Below, piece by piece: positions 1 to 14,030 of a stretch of 64,000 nt of DNA. This DNA is from Camelus ferus (lineage: Eukaryota). Where the stretch lies: positions 71,178,001-71,242,000 of the forward strand of contig NC_045696.1 in the NCBI RefSeq assembly GCF_009834535.1, written 5' to 3'. The notes below the pieces were generated by a model that was given only the letters and a program-made list of their open reading frames with translations, did not search any database and was not told where the DNA came from. Positions within the stretch are counted from its first letter, which is position 1; each line of letters starts with the position of its first letter. A program made the position numbers and the translations under genes.

Positions 1-560
1 TGACGTCATAGCTCCACAACCTTTCTGCCAAGTTGTGTGTGGATAAGAATTTATACTATTTTATATCTTCGTTTATCCTTTTGGCCTATCAGCATTTATT
101 GAAGCTCTACTTTGTGTCTTAATCCAGGGTGGAAATAGGGGTGGATCCAAGAACACTATAAAGTTGAGTAGGACTGGAGGTAAACCGCAAGCTTTCCAGG
201 CAGAAGGGACTTGGAGAGCAAAGGGCTGAGTCTTGAGAGGCACAGCACCTTCTGGGGAAAGAGACAGAGCTTGCAGCGGGTTAGCCAGGTTTGTGAAAGT
301 GAGCGACCATGCGGACTTTCCAGCAAGGCATTACACTCTTCTGCATGAGAACAGTCCGAATTCCACCATTTGCTGGGTCCCACAACGTTTCTGCAAAAGT
401 TGTTCCCACCCATGGCCGCGTTGCATGTCGGGATTTGGAGTTGAAAAGGCTGGGGTTTGATGTTTCCACGTGGCGGTTGCAGCTTGACCCGTGGCACTCA
501 GGCGCCCTCCTCTCGGGTCTGAGGAGTCTGTCATTTCTTCCCTCTACCAGAGCGAAAACC
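1..560. promoter_or_regulatory. CpG-enriched, repeat-free edge of a possible promoter
   Basis: CRE palindrome TGACGTCA at 1-8, E-box CCACGTGG at 466-473, locally raised CpG. By human synteny EIF2B5 would start to the left (inference only). Confidence 0.35.
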
Positions 561-924
561 AAGTTTTAAAGAATTTTCGAAAATTTAGACTGGAGAAGGA
601 AAAGAAGACAGCAACTCAGTAAAAGTTTTCAATTAAGTGAATGTACATTGTAGAAGATGATGTTGGACTGCCCTACAAATCCACAGGAAGAAAGAGAAAA
701 GAGGGGTGAGTAAACAAGACTAGTAATTTGAGCGAGCACACACAAAAGGGGGTGGCTTGGGAGTGTGATGAGGATATAGAAAGTAGATCCAATTGTAAAA
801 ATTTTAAATGACTCCTGACAGCTGGGAAAGTGTGAGTGGTAAATCCACTAAGGTTTTGATGGATGGGTCTTAGGGAGAATCCTTCTAAACCTGCTGTTAA
901 TTTTTGTTTGTTTTGTTTCAAAAT

Positions 925-1850
925 TTACTCAAACCAACAACAGCAACAAGGAAACAAAAATAGGCAAAGGATTTGAATAGACATTTCTCAAAAGAAGATA
1001 CACAAATGACCAAAAAGCACAAGAAAGGTGCTTAGGGAAGTGCAGATCAAGAGTACAACGAAATATCACCTCACAGTCGTTACGATGGCTGCTATCAAAA
1101 TAAACAGCAATAACAACAAAAAACCCCAAAACAAAGCAAGAAACAAAAAACAGAAAATAAACATTAGTGAGGATATGAAGAAATGGGAACCCTTGTGCCC
1201 TGTTGATGGGAATGTAAAATGGTACAGGTGCTGTGAAAAACAGTATGGTAGTTCTTCAAAAATGAAATATAGAATTACTATGTGATCCAGCAATTCTGCA
1301 TCTGAATATTAACCCCCCAAAAGTGAAAGCAGGGGTCCAAACAGATAGGTATTCACCCATGTTCATAGCAGCATTATTCACCATAGTTAAAACATGTAAG
1401 CAACTCCAGTGTCCATTAACAGATGAATGGATAAGGAAAATATGATATATACATAATGGAATATAACTCAGCCTTAAAAAGCAAGGAAATTCTGACATAT
1501 GCTACAACATGGATGAAATTTGAGGACATTATGCTAAGTGAAATAAGTCAGTCACAAGAAGACAAGTACTATAGAATTCCATTTACATGAGATATTTGGA
1601 GTAGTCAAAATCATGTAAACAGAATGATGGTTGCCAACGGCTGTGGGAAGGAGGAGAAAATGGAGAGTTATTGTTTAATGGATGTAGAGTTTCAGTTTCA
1701 CAACATGAAGAGTTCTGTGGATGGATGGTAGTGATGGTAGCACAATAATGTGAAGGTACTTAAGGCCATTGAACTGTGCACTTAAAAATTGTTAAAATAG
1801 TAAATTTAATGTTATGTATACTTTACTACAGTGAAGAAAAACTGGGAAAA
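925..1850 (+). mobile_element. LINE-1 3' fragment
   Basis: L1 ORF2 end/3'UTR motifs (atagacatttctcaaaagaagata, acaacatggatgaa, ttatgctaagtgaaataag). Confidence 0.85.
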
Positions 1851-2628
1851 AAGTTTCTGGAAACCACAAATTAATAAACCACAAAAACCTCACAGGCACA
1901 CAAACTATATAACACAGTAAAAATTCCTTCCCCTACTTCTCTCATTCCACCCTAGCACCCAGAGGTATAACCATTATTAATCATTTACTGGGTATTCTTT
2001 CTATTTCCCTGCTAACCTTATGTATATAGGTGTAGTGATATATGCCTAAACTCACATATACCATATTTATGTATTCAAACATATATTTATGCATTTGTAT
2101 TCACATATACTCAAACACAGAATTGTGTTTAGAGACAAGATACTATATAATTATATGCTGGTTCCCCAGAGCCAGTGTGCCTGGATTCCATTCTAGGCTC
2201 TAGCTATTTAATCTTGGGCAGGTTACTCAATCTCTCTATGCCTGGATATCCTCATATTTGAAATGGGATAATAACACTGCTTACCTCATAGGGTTGTTGT
2301 GAGGATCGAATGAGATACTATATGAAAAACTCTTAGAACACTGATGCAGTGTCAATGCAATTTAAGTATTAGCTATTATTATGATGATGCATTTTTTGTC
2401 TGCAACTTAATTTTTATTCAATATATGGTGGAATGTTGATAAATCTAGCTATTTTCAATGATTCCATAACATTCTGTAGTAAGAACATACCATTATTTAT
2501 CCAACTATTTCTTGACTGATAAACATTCAGATTTCTTTTTGCAGTTTTTGCTATTTCAAATATGCTGCAACAAGCACCCTCCCATTGATGTCTTTATAAA
2601 TTTTCATTTATTTCTTAGAATTTGTTCT

Positions 2629-2786
2629 CTTTTTTTTTTACATTTATTTTTGTTTGTTTGTTTCATTTTGGGGAGGTAGGTAATTGAGTTTATTTATTTA
2701 TTTATTTTTAATGGAGGCACTGGGGATTGAACCCAGGACCTCATGCATGCTAAGCACACACTCTACCACTGAGCTACACCCTCCCC
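2629..2786 (-). mobile_element. tRNA-derived SINE (camelid Vic-1-like)
   Basis: A/B-box head ggggagggtgtagctcagtggtagag...ggttcaatcccc; 17-bp TSD ttcttagaatttgttct at 2612-2628 and 2789-2805. Confidence 0.85.
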
Positions 2787-3429
2787 TCTTCTTAGAATTT
2801 GTTCTTAAAGGAGAGTGACAGGTTCAAATTGAATTCAATTCCCATGGCAGGGGATATGCTGTTGTTGAACGCACTGGGAAGCTGGCTGATGCTTAATTGT
2901 TCATGGTGTTATATTTCTTAATGGCTATGCATGGAAAATGTGCCATTTTGCCCTGACAGTGGCAATGTGTGAGTGTGTGTTCCCCTACCGCCTTACAGAG
3001 TGTTTTCAACAGTTTGGACCTTCTGTCAATCTATAGGGGAACAAAGTGTCGTTTTAATTTGCATTTCTTTAGTTTGAGTGAAGTTGGACGTATTTTTATG
3101 TGTTAAAAGACTGCATGTATTTCTTAGGTTAACAGTCAGTTCTGGTTCTTTTTGCAAATTAATATATCTCCATTAAGGTTTTGAAATGAGTCTTGAATAT
3201 CAATCAATTTAGAATGTAAGCTCTGTGAAAATTAGGCTTTCTGTTTTATTCACTGCTGTATCCCAGGTGTCTAGAGGAGTACCTAGCATATGGCACATGC
3301 TCAGAAAATATTTGCTGAATGAATGACTGGTTGCTGCTAGCCAGTAAGTGAGAGTCTCACCAACTTTAGACAAATAAGTAAAAGTAATTTCTGGCTCCTC
3401 TAAGCTGAGGCTTATGTTTTTTTGTTTTG

Positions 3430-4540
3430 TTTTTTAATTGTGGTGAAATACACATAACATAAAATCTACCATCTTAATCATTTTAAGTGTATGGTTCAGT
3501 GGTTTTAAGTACCTTCACATTGTTGTGCTACCATCACCACCATCCATCCATGGAACTCTTCTCATGTTGCAGAACAGAAGCTCTGTATCCATTAAACAGT
3601 AACTTTCCATTCTCTTCTCCTCTTGGCCTGGCAACCACCATCCTACTGTCTACATGATGTTCACTGCTCTAAGTACCTCATTTAAGTAGAATCATATAAT
3701 ATTTGTTCTTTTGTGACTAGTTTATTTCACTTAGTATAACATCCTCAAGTTTCATCCAGGTTGTAGCATGTCAGAATTTCCTTCCTTTTTAAGGCTGAAT
3801 AATATTCCATTGTATGTATATACCACATTTTGCTTATCCATTCTTCTGTTAGCTGACACTTGGGTTGCTTCCATGTTTTAGCTGTTGTGAATAATGCTGC
3901 TATGGATATGAGTGTATAAATATCTAAGTCCCTGCTTTTACTTTTTGGGGGTTATATATCCAGAAATAGAATTGCTGGATCCCATGGTTTAATTTTTTGA
4001 AGAACCACTATTCTTCACTTTACATTGCCACCAACAGTGCACAAGGGTTCCAATCTCTCCATATCCTCACCAACACATGTTATTTTCTTTAAAAATTTTT
4101 AAATTTTATAATGTCCATCTTAATAGGTGTGAAGTGGTATCTCTTGTGGTTTTCATTTGCATTTATCTGATGACTAGTAATGTTGAACATCTTTACATGT
4201 GCTTATTGACTATTTGTATATCTTCTTTTGAGAAATGTCTATTCAAGTCATTTGCCCTTTTTAAAACTAGTTTTGTTGTTGTTGTTGAATTGTAGGAGTT
4301 CTTCATATATTCTGAATATCAATCCCTTATCAGATACATGGTTTGCAAATATTTTCCCCAATTCTGTAGGTTGTTTTTTACTCTTTTGGTAGTACCCTTT
4401 GATGTACCAATGTTTTAAATTTTGATGAAGTCCAATTTGTCTATTGTTTCTTTTGTTGCCTGTACTTTTGGTGCTGTATCCAAGAAATCATTGCCAAATC
4501 CAGTGTCATAAGGCTTTCCCTCTGTTTTCCACTAACTTTT
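3430..4540 (-). mobile_element. LINE-1 3' fragment
   Basis: Antisense L1 3'UTR/ORF2 motifs (tatcagatacatggtttgcaaatattttc). Confidence 0.85.
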
Positions 4541-5556
4541 AAATGGCACTTTTTCCCTTTCCTACAGGTTCTACCTGTAAAGATGTCAAAATAATGATGT
4601 GATATGTCCCCTTCAGGGCACCCTTGATACATGTACAAGAACTGGCCTTTTCTAGGCATTGCTAAATAGTCAGGGCTCTGGTTTTGTATGCATCAAACTG
4701 ATGGATTGGAGCACTTTGAGCGTAAATCATAGGGCCTTTTGTGCTTCTCAGCTTAGTGATCAGAGCCAATTATTCACTACCATGAGTGTTTTATTTTTTT
4801 AGTCACTTTTAGGTCTGGAGTTATTGTTCTAAAAGTTGAAGATTTTTAATATGCTATTGGATAGCTGAAGTTTTTACTGTTCATGTCCTAGCTTGCTAGA
4901 AAATGATGGAAGAAATAAAGTTCTGAGTTCTCCTCTGTTCTCTGTTTCTTCTTCCTCCCCCTGGAGTCCTCGCTATCACCTCCAGAGGTGATACTTAGTC
5001 TCCAGAGGTATGACAATCCTCTTTGTTTTCCAGGCTGAGAGTTGAGGGAAAAAGTCCTTTAAACTTTTTCCATAGCTCAGTTGAAACAGGTTGGGATTAC
5101 TCAAAAGAACCTTCACTTAAAAACTTAGGGGACTAGAAGAAGGGTGGAAAAAAAGAAAAAAAAAAAAGCGACTGGCATACATAAAACACTACTTTGGCTA
5201 GATGCTGATGAATACTGGAGGGTGGCTTATGGAGTTAGGCAACACTACCCCCTAGAGGTCTTTGCTGGGCAGCAACCTGCTTCCCATTTGTCAGACTTTT
5301 CAGGCTGGATGGAGAGCCAATAGGGTTCCTAGATAGCATTGCCAAGAGAAAAAAAAAAGGTATGGTCAAGCAAGCCAGTCTGAACATCAGTCTTGAGTCC
5401 AGATGAGCAGAAATTGTAGGAAAAGTGTGTCAACCTAGAATTGTCTAGTTAGAGAAATTATCTTTCAAGAAGAAGAAATAAATACAGTTTCAGATCAACA
5501 AAAATGGAGACAATTGATCATGAAAAAATCTTGACTAAAGAACTTCTAATGTTACA

Positions 5557-5720
5557 CTGTCTAGTGCGGCAGCCAATAGCCATATATAACTATTAAAATA
5601 AAAATTATATAAAATTTAAAATTAATTTATGCAATCACATTTGCCACATTTCAAGTGCTCAGCAGTCACGTGTGGCTAGTGACTAGCATATTGGACAGTG
5701 CAGATACAGAAAGTTCCCAC
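5557..5720. mobile_element. hAT MER3/MER33-like element
   Basis: gccacatttcaagtgctcagcagtcacgtgtggctagtgactagcatattggacagtg. Confidence 0.7.
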
Positions 5721-8178
5721 CATTTTGGACAGCAGATTGAACAGTACTGTTAAAAAATATTTCTCAAGCAGAAGGAGAAAATTCCAGAACAAAAGTCTTA
5801 GCTGCAAGGTGGAAGATCTAGTAAAGAAAATTGTAAATCTGTGGGTAAATCTAAACAAATATTGCTATAAAATAATATTAATGTCTAAACTTGCGGGGGT
5901 GTCAAAAAAGAAAGTGCAAATTACTTGTACATGTAAGTCAGGAAGGAGGTGATCAGAGTTAAAACATTCTAAGACCTTTTTAATTATTCATATGAAAACT
6001 GGACCAAGAAATAAAATTGAGTAGCATACTGTTTACAAGTGAAATATTTAAGACATAAGACTCAGAAAAGTTGAAAGTAAAAAGATGGCAAATGTTGTCC
6101 AAAATAAATCGGTTGGTAAGTTGTACTAGAAATTGAAGTGGGAATCTTATAATGATAGAACTTTAATTCATCAAGAAGATAAAATATTTCCAATTCTGTG
6201 CACCTAAAAATACAGTTTTAAAATGCATGAAGTAAAACTTTACAAAACTATAAGAAAAAAATGGACAAATCCACTGTCAGAGTAAGAGATTTATATTTCT
6301 CTCAGTATTTGGTAGATCAAGCAGATAAATGAACAGGATTCAGAAAACTTGACTATCACAATTAACCATGTTGATCTAATGAATTTATGTAGAACACTGC
6401 ACTCAATAATTAGGTAATATGCCTTACTTCCAAATGCCTGTGGAATATTTGTGAACATTAACTATATATAAAGCAAATCTCAACAGATTACAGGGAATTG
6501 GTGTCTATAGACCCCTTGAATAGCTTGGTCCACAGAGCAGCAGCAGTAGCCCTTGAAAGCCTGTTGGAAATGTGGAAGCTCAGGCCCTGTTTCAGTCACC
6601 CTGAGTCAGAATCTGCATTTTGACAAGATCCCCAGGGGATTCACTAGCACATTAATGTTTGACATGCATTGACACAAAACATAATTTCTCACCCCCTGTG
6701 TAATTAAGTTAGAAATCAAAAAAGGAAAGATAATTACAAAAACTCCATATATTTGGAAATTAAAAACACACCTCTAAAATAGTTATGTATATGTATATAT
6801 GTGTATATATACATACCTCTTAATATATATAATGTTGTTTATTCCATCTTTAGACAATACTTGGAGTACTTGTGTAAACACCAACTCCCCCAAGGGTTGG
6901 TTCCCTGGGTCCATAACCCCCAAATTGAGAATCACTGTCTTAAATTTTGTGACAATAATACTATTTTAATTTTAGGTAGTATTTTGAGAGCCAGTAATAT
7001 GCTTTTTGCTTTATCTTTCTGAATATATGACATCATCATGGTTGGTTTGAGGCCTGCATCTGTTTGAGAAGAGATTAGGGTTTGTAACAGAAACGAGGCA
7101 AAGAGAAAGAAACAAATAGTGGAAAAAATTTTTATAATGAAAAAGTTAAACATGTACAAAAGTTGAGAAAATAGTATAATGAATCCTAGATATCCATCAC
7201 CAGTGATCAATTTATAGACAATCTTATTTCATCTGTGCCCTTCAACATGCTTGAGGTCACTAAGGCTGCCAGCACCGAGAAACAATTCTAGAAGTTCGAG
7301 AGTGGACACCTGCCATTTCCCTAAACATGTAATTTACAAACTATATAGTTCACTCATTTAAGGTATAGAATTCAATGTTTTTAGTATATTTACAAAGATG
7401 TGCAACTATTACCCTAATCTAATTTTAATACATTTTCATCATCCCATAAAGAAAGCTTGTATCCATTATCAGGCACTCCCCATTCCTCCCAGCCCACCAC
7501 TATCTCCTCCCCCGACTAGCTCTAGGCTGCTACCAATCTACTTTCTATCTATGAATGTGCCTATTGTGGACATTTCATTAAAATGATATGATACAGTGTA
7601 GTCCTTTGTGTCTTTCATTTACAGAAAGTTTTCAAAGTTCATCTATGTTGTGGCACGTATCAGTACTTCATTCTTTTTTATGACCAAAGTATAGTCCATC
7701 ATATGTATAAACCACATTTTGCTTATTCATCATCAATGGAGGTTTTTTTTTCCATTTCTTGGTTATTAAGGATAATGCTGCTATGAACATTTGTGTAAAA
7801 GTCTTGTGGGGACATATGTTTTCATTTATCTTGGGCATATAACTTGGAGTAGAATTGTTGGGTCATATGGTGACTCTATGTTTAACATTTTGAGGAACTG
7901 TCAAATTATTTTCCAAAAAGGCTACACCATTTTACTTTCCCATCAGCAGCATATGAGGGTGCCAATTTCTCCATGTCCTCACATTTGTTATTATCTGTCT
8001 TTTTGATCAGAGCCCTCCTCATGAGTGTGATGTGGTGTCTCATTGTGGTTTTGATTTGCATTCTCCTAATGACTAAATGTTGAACATCTTTTCATGTGCT
8101 TATTGGTCACTGTTATTGTATCTTCTTTGGTGAAATGTCCATTCAAATTCTTTTCTCCTTTTAATTTTTTACTTATTT

Positions 8179-8179
<1 letters not shown>

Positions 8180-8213
<34 letters not shown>

Positions 8214-8231
8214 ATATATATATATATATAT
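8180..8231. repeat. (TA)n(CA)n(TA)n compound microsatellite at an L1 tail
   Basis: Seen directly. Confidence 0.9.
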
Positions 8232-8916
8232 TTATTTATTGAAGTATAGTCAATTATAATGTGTCAATCGCTGGTGTACAGCATAATGTCCCAGTCATAC
8301 ATATACATACATATATTTGTTTTCATAAAAGGTTATTACAAGATATTGAATATAGTTCCCTGTGTTATACAGAATATATTTGCTTTTTATCTATTTTTAT
8401 ATGTAGTAGTTAATATTTGCAAATCTCAAACTCCCAAATGTATCCCTTCCAACCCTCTTTCCCCCTAGTAACCATAAGATTGCTTACTATGTCTGTGAGT
8501 TTGTTTCTGTTTTATAGATGAGTTCATTAGTGTCTTCTTTTTCTTTTTTTAGATTCCACATATAAGTGCTGTCATATGGGTTTTTTCATTTCTCTTTCTG
8601 GCTTACTTCACTTTGGATGATGATCTCCAGGTCCATCCATGTTGCTGCAAATGACATTATTTTATTTTTTATGGCGGTGTAGTATTCCATTGTATAAATA
8701 TACCGTAACTTCTTTATCCAGTTCTCTGTTGATGGACATTTAGATTGTTTCCATGTCTTGGCTATTGTATATAGTGCTCTTTACTCATTTTTAAATTGGT
8801 TATTTATCTACTTATTGTTGAGTTGTAAGAGTTCTTTGTGTTTTCTGGATACAAGCCCTTTATCAGATATATGACCTTCAAATATTTTATTCCAGTCTGT
8901 TGGCTTCTGCACCTCC

Positions 8917-9443
8917 TTTTTTTTTTTTTTTTTGCTGAGTTTCATGGTTTTATTAACACAAATGCAATGTGCACAGGAGCTGTCTATTCATTTTCTTTGC
9001 TGCGCAGCATGGCATTAGGAATTGGTGACTCTGATGGCCAGCTGGGCTGCTCTTTCAACAATGGCTTTGCTGTTTTTGGAGAGACATTGTGAGCAATCTC
9101 AACACAGTAAGATTTGTTGCACATCAGCAGCACTTCTAGATCCTTGACCTTGTGCACCAGGAACTTCTGGAAGCCGCCAGGAAGCATGTGCCTTGTTATC
9201 TTGTTGCTCCCATAACTGATGTTGGGTGTCAAGATCTGGCCCTCGAATCTACTGTGCACCCTATTGTCAATGCCACTGGCTTTCTGCCAGTTCCACTTAA
9301 TTTTGATGTATCAGTCTGACTGGTGCCAGATGAACCTCTTGGTCCTCTTTTTGATGATCCTGGGCTTCATGAGGGGTCTGAGGGCAGCCATGCTACCAAG
9401 TAGGAGATGACTGCCACTTCTGTAGGTAGTGCCAAGGGAGAGG
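8917..9443 (-). pseudogene. RPL32: Processed pseudogene of ribosomal protein L32
   Basis: Intronless [26 protein letters not shown] ... [17 protein letters not shown] ... LRSKENE*. ATG 9389-9391, premature TGA 9311-9313, terminal TAG 8984-8986, AATAAA 8949-8954, poly(A) 8917-8933, pyrimidine (TOP-like) 5' end near 9443. Confidence 0.95.
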
Positions 9444-10328
9444 TCCCCCCACCCCACTTTCTTGATGGCTCTGTTAAAGTAGAAAAGTTTTTAATTTTTA
9501 TGAAGTCCAATTTATCTGTCTTGTCTTTTATCACTTGTGCTTTTTGTGTTATATCTAAGAAACCCAAGATCATGAAGCTTTACTCCTATATTTTCTTCTA
9601 AGTGTTTTAGCTCTTATATCTAGGTCTATGATCTACTTTGAGTTAATTTTTGTGTATTGTGTGAAGTAGCGATCCAAAGTTATTTTTTTGAATGTTGATA
9701 TCTGGTTGTCCCATCACCATTTGCTGAAAAAAAAAAGATTCTTTTCTCTACTGAATTGTCTCAGTTCATTTGTAAAAATTGGTTATAAATGTTAGGGTTT
9801 ATTTATGAACTCTCAATTCTATTTCACTGAGCTGCATGTTTATCCTTCTATTAGTACCATATTATCTTAATTATTGTAGTGTGTAGTAAGTTTTGAAATC
9901 AGAAAGTGTGAGTCCACCAACTGTGTTCTTCTCTTTCATAATTATTTTGGCTATTCTGAGTCTCTTGCATTTCCATGTAAATTTTATGATCAGCTTCTCA
10001 ATTTCTGCAAAAAATACAGCTAGGATTTTGACATGGATTGTGCTGAATCTGTTGATCAATTTGGGAAATATTACCGACTTCACAATATTAAGTTTTTCCA
10101 AATCTTGAAAATATATCTTTTCATTTATTTAGATCCTCTTTAATTTTTCAACAATATTTTATAGTTTTCAAGGTACAATTCTTACACTTGTTTGGTTAAG
10201 TTAAATTTTATTTTTATTTAAATTTTATTTTCAGGTTGTTTATTGCTAACATATATACATACAATGATTTTTGTATATTGATCTTGTATCTTACAATATT
10301 GCTAAACTCATTTATTCTAATAGATTTT

Positions 10329-10612
10329 TTCTTTTTTTTTCTGTTTTATTAGGTAGAATTGTTACAATTTGACTGCACATACACAGTATATTGCATGCAA
10401 ATACATATATACAATATACTACACTTTTTTTTTTTAGTTTACGTATATGTACTGATCATTGTTTCTAAGAACAGTTTAGAGCTTTAGTTTTTTAAACTTA
10501 CATCGTTATCAAAGGAATAAAGCCAATCACAAAATAAGAATCAATAGAAGGTGGTAAGCCAATCATAAAGGACAGTCAAATGTGCTTACACATATTCAAG
10601 AAATAATCATTA
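10329..10612 (-). pseudogene. Short 5'-truncated retrocopy of an unidentified transcript 3' end
   Basis: 17-bp direct repeats ttattctaatagatttt at 10312-10328 and 10613-10629; A-tail and AATAAA (10345-10350) on minus strand; insert is not L1-like and interrupts an L1. Confidence 0.7.
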
Positions 10613-12139
10613 TTATTCTAATAGATTTTAAATGGATTACTTGGGATTTTCTATTTAAGATTCTATCATCTGCAAACACAGTTTTACTTCTTCCTTTCCA
10701 ATCTGGATGCCTGTTATTTATTTTTCTTGCCAATTGCCCTGGCCATTGTTGAATAGAAGTGAAGAGAATGGACATCTTTGTCTTGTTCCCAATATTACGG
10801 GGAAATGATTCAGTGTTTTGCCATTTAGTGTGATGAAAGCTGTAGGTTTTTCATAGATGCCCTTTATCAGATTGAGGAAGTTCCTTCCTACTGTTAGTTT
10901 GTCAAGGGTTTTTATAGTGGAAGGTGTTGAATTTTTGTCGAATGCCTTGTCTGCACCTATTGAAATGATCATGTGGGCTTTGCCCTTTGTTCTATTAATA
11001 CAGTGTTGTATTCATGGATTTTCTGATGTTAAATCAACTTTGTATTTTTGGGATAAATTCCACTTGTTTATGGTGTATAGTCCTCTTTATATGTTGCTGG
11101 ATTCAGTTTGTTAGTATTTTGCTGAGGATTTTTGCTTCTATGTTCGTAAGGGATATTGATTTGTAGTTTACTTTTTTATAATGTCTTTGTCTGTCTTTAG
11201 TATCTGGGTAATAACACTGGCCTCATAGAATAAGTTGTGAAATATTCCCTTCACTTCTAATTTCTGGAAGAGATTGTGTAGAATTGATATTAATGTTTCT
11301 TTATATATTTGACAGAATTCACCAACAAAGCTTTCTTGGTCTATGGGAAGTTTTTTCAAGTTATTAAAATCAGTTTAGGTTTGTTTGATATTTTATCATG
11401 ATTACATTGAAGTTATGCTCCTTAAATCTTTTATTTTTATAGATTCCTTCTCTCTATGTATATTTGCAGTTTGTGAAAAAACAACAAGTTTTGAATGAGG
11501 CAGCATTTAATGGCTCATATTCAAAATGTGGTTATGTAGCAAGATAATAGGTAGTTTGAGACTGAAAGGACTTTCCATATATCTTTATATCTCTCTTAGC
11601 ATGTCAAGGACTAGGCCTAGTTGGTCAGATCAGGAGTTTTTCTCATTGGCTGGAGAAGGTATCTCTGCCATTTAGTCAAGAAACTGGAGTCAGAAAGGAT
11701 GATGATATGGCATAGGGAAAAACCTAACCCCTGAGATCCTAGGGGTGTGTGGGCAAAATAATAGGTGAGACAGTGGCAAGAAGGGAGATGGTCAGATCTG
11801 TGCCTTTGTTTCTTCTCCCTGGGTCTCAACTGAGTGCTATGGACCAGTAGGAAGGAGAAAGCTTGCCTCTCTTTGGTCGATTATAAAGATCAGAATTTCA
11901 TAGTTCTCTAAGGGGGTCCCAGAGGTAGAAGTCAGTGAACATGGGGAAGAGCTGCCTCTGATTGCTTGCTGCTGTGGTCGTTGGAAGACTCTCCTGGTTC
12001 GTGCGTGCGTACGTGTGTGCGTGCGTGTGTGTGTGTGTGTCTGTATAGTAAGTACACTGATGAGTTTAATTATTTGCAGTCCCTGCAGATGGAAGGGGAT
12101 TGCTACTTGCTCCTAGACTGACCTGGGAATTGTGAAGTG

Positions 12140-12530
12140 CCCTCCATGTACTTCAGGTAAGAGTTGATGTTGTAGTCTTGAACTCAAAATCTGTAGGGCA
12201 GGCCAGAAGGACTGGAAACTCAGTCAGGGTTTATATGTTGTACTCTTTTTTTTTTTTTTTTTTAATTCTGCTGTACTGAGGTGTAATTGACAAAATGTTG
12301 CACTCTTGAAACAGAATTTCTTGTTCAGAAACATCAGTCTTTGCTCCTCCTTCAGCTGATTGAATGAGGCCCGCCCACATGGAGGGTAATTTACTTTCTT
12401 CAAAGTCTACTGATTGTAAATGTTAATCACATCTAAAAAAATACCTTCACAGCACATCTAGACTAGTGTTTGACCAGACACCTGGGCACCACAGATTAAA
12501 CAAACTGATACATACAATTAACCATCTCAG
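12140..12530. mobile_element. ERVL-type LTR fragment (MLT2-like)
   Basis: Motifs gattgaatgaggcccgcccacat, ttaatcacatctaaaaaaataccttcacagc, aattaaccat. Confidence 0.7.
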
Positions 12531-13883
12531 TGACCAAGATGGATATTCAGGACAGAAGCTCCAACTGAACTAGAAAAGATAAAAAAGAAGAGAAGATAAT
12601 GTTTAGGGCATGTGATCAGAACATTTAAAAGACTTTATGAAAGTAAAAAAAAAAATTTTTTAATTAAAGCACTCAGGAGATGAACTGAGAGTAGAGAATA
12701 TCACTATTGAGAACTGAATTCGTTGTCTGAAAGATTGGTTATAAGACAAAGCCAAATTGTGTAAAGAAATGAAGGCATGAATAAAAAAGAGTTTGGAGGA
12801 CAGATCCATGAGACTTAACTTGTGCATAGCAGAAATTCCAGAACAGAAAAAGAATAGATGGGAGAGAGTGTTACTTAAGTTCTAGAAAAAAAAATCCTGC
12901 AAGCAGAAGAAAGATATGAATATTCATATTGAAAAAGGTCACTGAAACATAGGCAGGATTAATGGAAACACACATTTAGATATATCCTAGTGAAATGTCT
13001 GAATTTCAGGGATAAATACAAATTCTTATGAGCATCCAGGTGGTCCTTTCAAGAGGGAAAGTATCAGAGTAGCCCTGGATTTCTCATCTAAGACATGGAA
13101 GCTTGGTATAGACAACTGAGGAGGAGGAGAAGGACCGATTCTAGACGTCTGTACCTAGCCAAGAAAGCTTATCCGCCAAAACAAAGACATTTCAGCCACA
13201 CACAGAGTCAGAGCATATACCAGATGCACTGCTTCAGGAAAATACTTGAGAAGTGTACTGATCAGGAGACAATTAAAACATAACAAAACTTTCTAGATAG
13301 AAGAGGACAAAGAGTAGAGAAAACTGAGAGGAACTATGAATCTTACAACATATAGAGTTAAATCCATAGTATAAGTGGAAAATTAATAAAAAGCCAAGGT
13401 CCTTGAAAATAGAGTCATACCATAAGAAAAAAAATAATAGCCTGGTACTAAAAACTTTAAACTGTATTTGCAAAATCTAAAAGTTGAGATAAAAGCAGAG
13501 GAAGAATAAGGAAGTAAATTTAAAAAATTTTTATTTTTACTTTGCTGGAGTCAGGGGAGGAATGGGCAAATAAAACATCTTGGTGGGGGATCAGCATAAT
13601 AATTTAGTTTTGATATGTTAATCAGATATATTGGTCTAAATATAACTGTTAGGAAGATGATCATGAACATAATTAAAAAGCATTACAGGATTTCAAATTT
13701 ATAGGAGGAAAAAAAAGATGAACAAAAGTTAGACCAAGCAAGCAGAAGTAAGGAAACAGAAAATAGAGAAAACAACACCAAGTAATATAAATGGTGAACA
13801 TAAAATGTATGGAAGGAATAAAACTGAGTATTTTTTCCTAAATATAAAGAAAGCTGAATTCATCTATCAAAAGGAGCATATTG

Positions 13884-14030
13884 TGGGGAGGGTATAGCTC
13901 AAGTGGTAGAGCTCATGCTTGGCATGCACGAGATCCTGGGTTCAATCCCCAGTACCTCTTCTAAGAATAAATAAAACAAACCTAATTACCTCCTCCACCA
14001 AAAACATTTTTTTAATTAAAAAAAGAAATA
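13884..14030 (+). mobile_element. tRNA-derived SINE (same family)
   Basis: ggggagggtatagctcaagtggtagag...ggttcaatccccagtacc, then A-rich tail. Confidence 0.85.

Larger units (their letters stand above)
7325..11360 (-). mobile_element. Older LINE-1 with nested insertions (younger L1 3' end at about 8230-8780, RPL32 retrocopy, unidentified retrocopy)
   Basis: L1 ORF2 peptide fragments at 9871-10101, 10718-10972 and 11168-11359; L1 sequence resumes across each insert. Confidence 0.85.

Noticed and set aside
156..569. Overlapping ORFs at the left edge
   Set aside because: No recognisable protein similarity; explained by locally higher GC.
13884..13960. tRNA gene
   Set aside because: A/B boxes belong to a multi-copy SINE with tail and TSDs, not a cloverleaf tRNA.
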